A model generated the notes under the pieces. The model was given only the letters and a program-made list of their open reading frames with translations, searched no databases and was not told the origin of the DNA. This document shows positions 33,700 through 35,746 of a stretch of DNA of 35,746 nucleotides, piece by piece (position 1 is the stretch's first letter; each line of letters begins with the position of its first letter). Made by a program: the position numbers and the translations under genes. The stretch is from Octopus bimaculoides (lineage: Eukaryota): contig NC_068998.1 in the NCBI RefSeq assembly GCF_001194135.2, positions 12,257,176 to 12,292,921 on the forward strand, read 5' to 3'.

Positions 33700-33860
33700 A
33701 TGACAATCGTTCTGACAATGTACCTTTCATTAGCCTCAAACATTGCACCAAAGAACTACTCGATATTCTCATCAAACTGTTCAGTATTTCTCTTTCTACA
33801 AGGCTCTTTGAAATCACGTCCACAAAAGGAAATGTTTAAGGCCACCTGCCGATTTGTTCC
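33700..33860 (+). mobile_element. Short fragment of the same LINE family
   Basis: DNVPFISLKHCTKELLDILIKLFSISL; DNA cctttcattagcctcaaacattgcaccaaagaact matches the unit at 28840. Confidence 0.55.
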
Positions 33861-35068
33861 ATCGGTGGTCACAACTGCAGAAGGTTAGTGATTTTAAGCA
33901 TCTGGGGTTCTATGTAGCCTACAGTAAGAAACACTGCATGAAATGCAAGTGGCAAACCTGGAATGCCTGTCACAAGCGCTTCAACATTTGACAAACAGAG
34001 CTTCGATAGTACGCTTTGATAGTACGTATCTCTAGTTTCTCATGAGAGTTCAAAATATTTCATAGTTTGAGCACAAGATCAAAAATTTAGGGACACATTC
34101 TACTCATTTCTGCTATCGCTGCTCAACCTTGCTGGTCACTGTTATCGTACAGAACAAGACACCGCATCTGATAGATAGTATAATTTACAAACTTTCGCAC
34201 ACTCATAGATGATAACACTCACTCAACTACATTGATGTCATTAGGGAGAGAGATACACAACGTGTATCGACGGAGATTCCTGGCGCGCCATTCTCGGTTG
34301 TGGCTTCTTAAACAGAAGAAAATCAATTGCCTGTCATGTTTTTATGTACATTTGCATTTTCCTCAGATGTCACGAATTCTCGTTTGTGCATGTGGCTAGC
34401 TGCGAGACCGCCCTACTGAAAGGGCCTCCAAAGGACTCCAAAGGCCTAAATGCATTTGGAATTCTCAGTGGTTGCTTCTTTTCGTCTCCTTCTAGTATTT
34501 ATTGTGTTTAATACAGCTCTCCATAAACAGATGTTATATTGGGACAAAATCTACAGTAACTTGTCTATCGACAGTGTGCATTATGCATGAGACAGTGTTA
34601 AATATCTGAAATCATGTGGGATGTAGTTTTGGTAGTGTACCAGAGAATATGAAAGTGGTCTCACGCAATTCGAATCATCACTGCCATCAGATTGTTAGTG
34701 AGTCGTTAAGCTAGTAATCTCTGAATATGAAATCGTGCATCGAAACAAATATTGTTGTATTTCGGGACGGTCATCTTTTTTTTGTTTTTTTTTGCCAAAT
34801 AAACACACGCACTATATATTTGTTTTTCACTCGTTTATTACTGTTCTTATTTTAAGTCAAGTCCATTGTCCAGAAATCTTTCGTCACACATCTGTGACCT
34901 CTTCAGCGACACTTTTCGTTTTCGTGCGTGCTCTTGCTCCACTTACTCCATTCTGCTTTTCTGTGATGTGTACCCTTATGTACGCATGCGTTTGCGTCCG
35001 TGTTTATGTGTGTGCGTGTCATTGTTCTTAGCAGCAGTATGGTCTTCCTGTCAGCCCCATCTTCTCAC

Positions 35069-35294
35069 CCCTTTGTGCTGCTGATGTCCTAGGACCTGAA
35101 AATTTGGTACAGTTCCTGTATCTCTCTGTGTTTGTGTGTTCGCCCACGGTGTTGCCATCGTGGTAGTTGTTGTTGCAATCGTTGTCACCGCCACTGCTGC
35201 TGTCGTTGTTAGTCGTGTTGTTGATATTGTTGCGGCCGTCCATGAAGTCATTGTGTGTTTCTATGGGTTCACTTCGCATGTTGTTTATATCCAT
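35069..35294 (-). CDS. Candidate coding exon, Asn/Asp-rich (MDINNMRSEP...PRTSAAQR), possibly a 5' exon of the GPCR
   Basis: ATG in good context (ggacATGG), 75 open codons, then donor G|GTGAGA at 35069/35068; phase 1 is compatible with the acceptor at 31487. No homology recognised. Confidence 0.3.
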
Positions 35295-35746
35295 GTCCTT
35301 TGTATAGATTTATTTATTTATTTCATCTATCTTTATTTCTTATATTTATCACAGGTATGTGACGAATATATTTATTTATTTGTTTTGGATTTTATTTTTT
35401 TATTTATCTATCTCTATTTCTTATATGTATCACAGGTATGTGCATTTATGTTTATTGTGTGTGTATTACCCTGCTTGTATCTGCTTTATTTACATTTTTT
35501 CCCTCTTTCATCTCCTCCTTTCTGTCTTTAGTCATGTGGTGTGGTGTGGTGGTGGGTGTTACTGTTCCATTTAAGGCTGAGTGGGGACATTAGCTACTTT
35601 GTTCGAGGTATAAGGACGTAGTTGTATGCCGGTAGCCAGCTGGAAAAGATGTTTTCCTGGCTAAAAAAAGGTACTAACATCGTCCTAATCAAGACTGCCA
35701 ATTAACGTTGGCAAATTGATTTTACTCTCTCTCTCTCTCTCTGTAT

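Overview
AT-rich, intron-rich animal genomic DNA from a gapped draft assembly. The SINE/microsatellite content looks like a coleoid cephalopod, probably Octopus (inference from recalled repeat families, not a database hit). About 1.26-27.3 kb (+) holds the condensin I subunit gene NCAPG (CAP-G). I trace 14 coding exons with consistent splice phases plus a 3' UTR exon. Two conserved exons are absent, and each missing exon falls in an intron containing an N-gap. The CAP-G C-terminal tail carries an unusual 13-aa (39-bp) Cys/acidic tandem repeat whose DNA unit contains a palindrome. A convergent class A (rhodopsin-like) orphan GPCR lies at 30331-31383 (-); a candidate upstream exon at 35069-35294 would splice in frame to it. 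Between the two genes is a 156-bp, ~93% identical inverted repeat pair. Introns are full of decayed mobile DNA: a Gypsy integrase tail, two hAT MITEs with perfect 8-bp TSDs, two Helentron-like non-autonomous elements, two mariner remnants, RTE and CR1/Jockey-like LINE pieces, a Penelope GIY-YIG fragment, a hammerhead-like motif and many tRNA-derived SINEs. There is no CRISPR array or prokaryotic system. I cannot claim a proven new system; the best leads are the CAP-G tail repeat, the putative extended GPCR isoform, the intergenic inverted repeat and the hammerhead-like motif.
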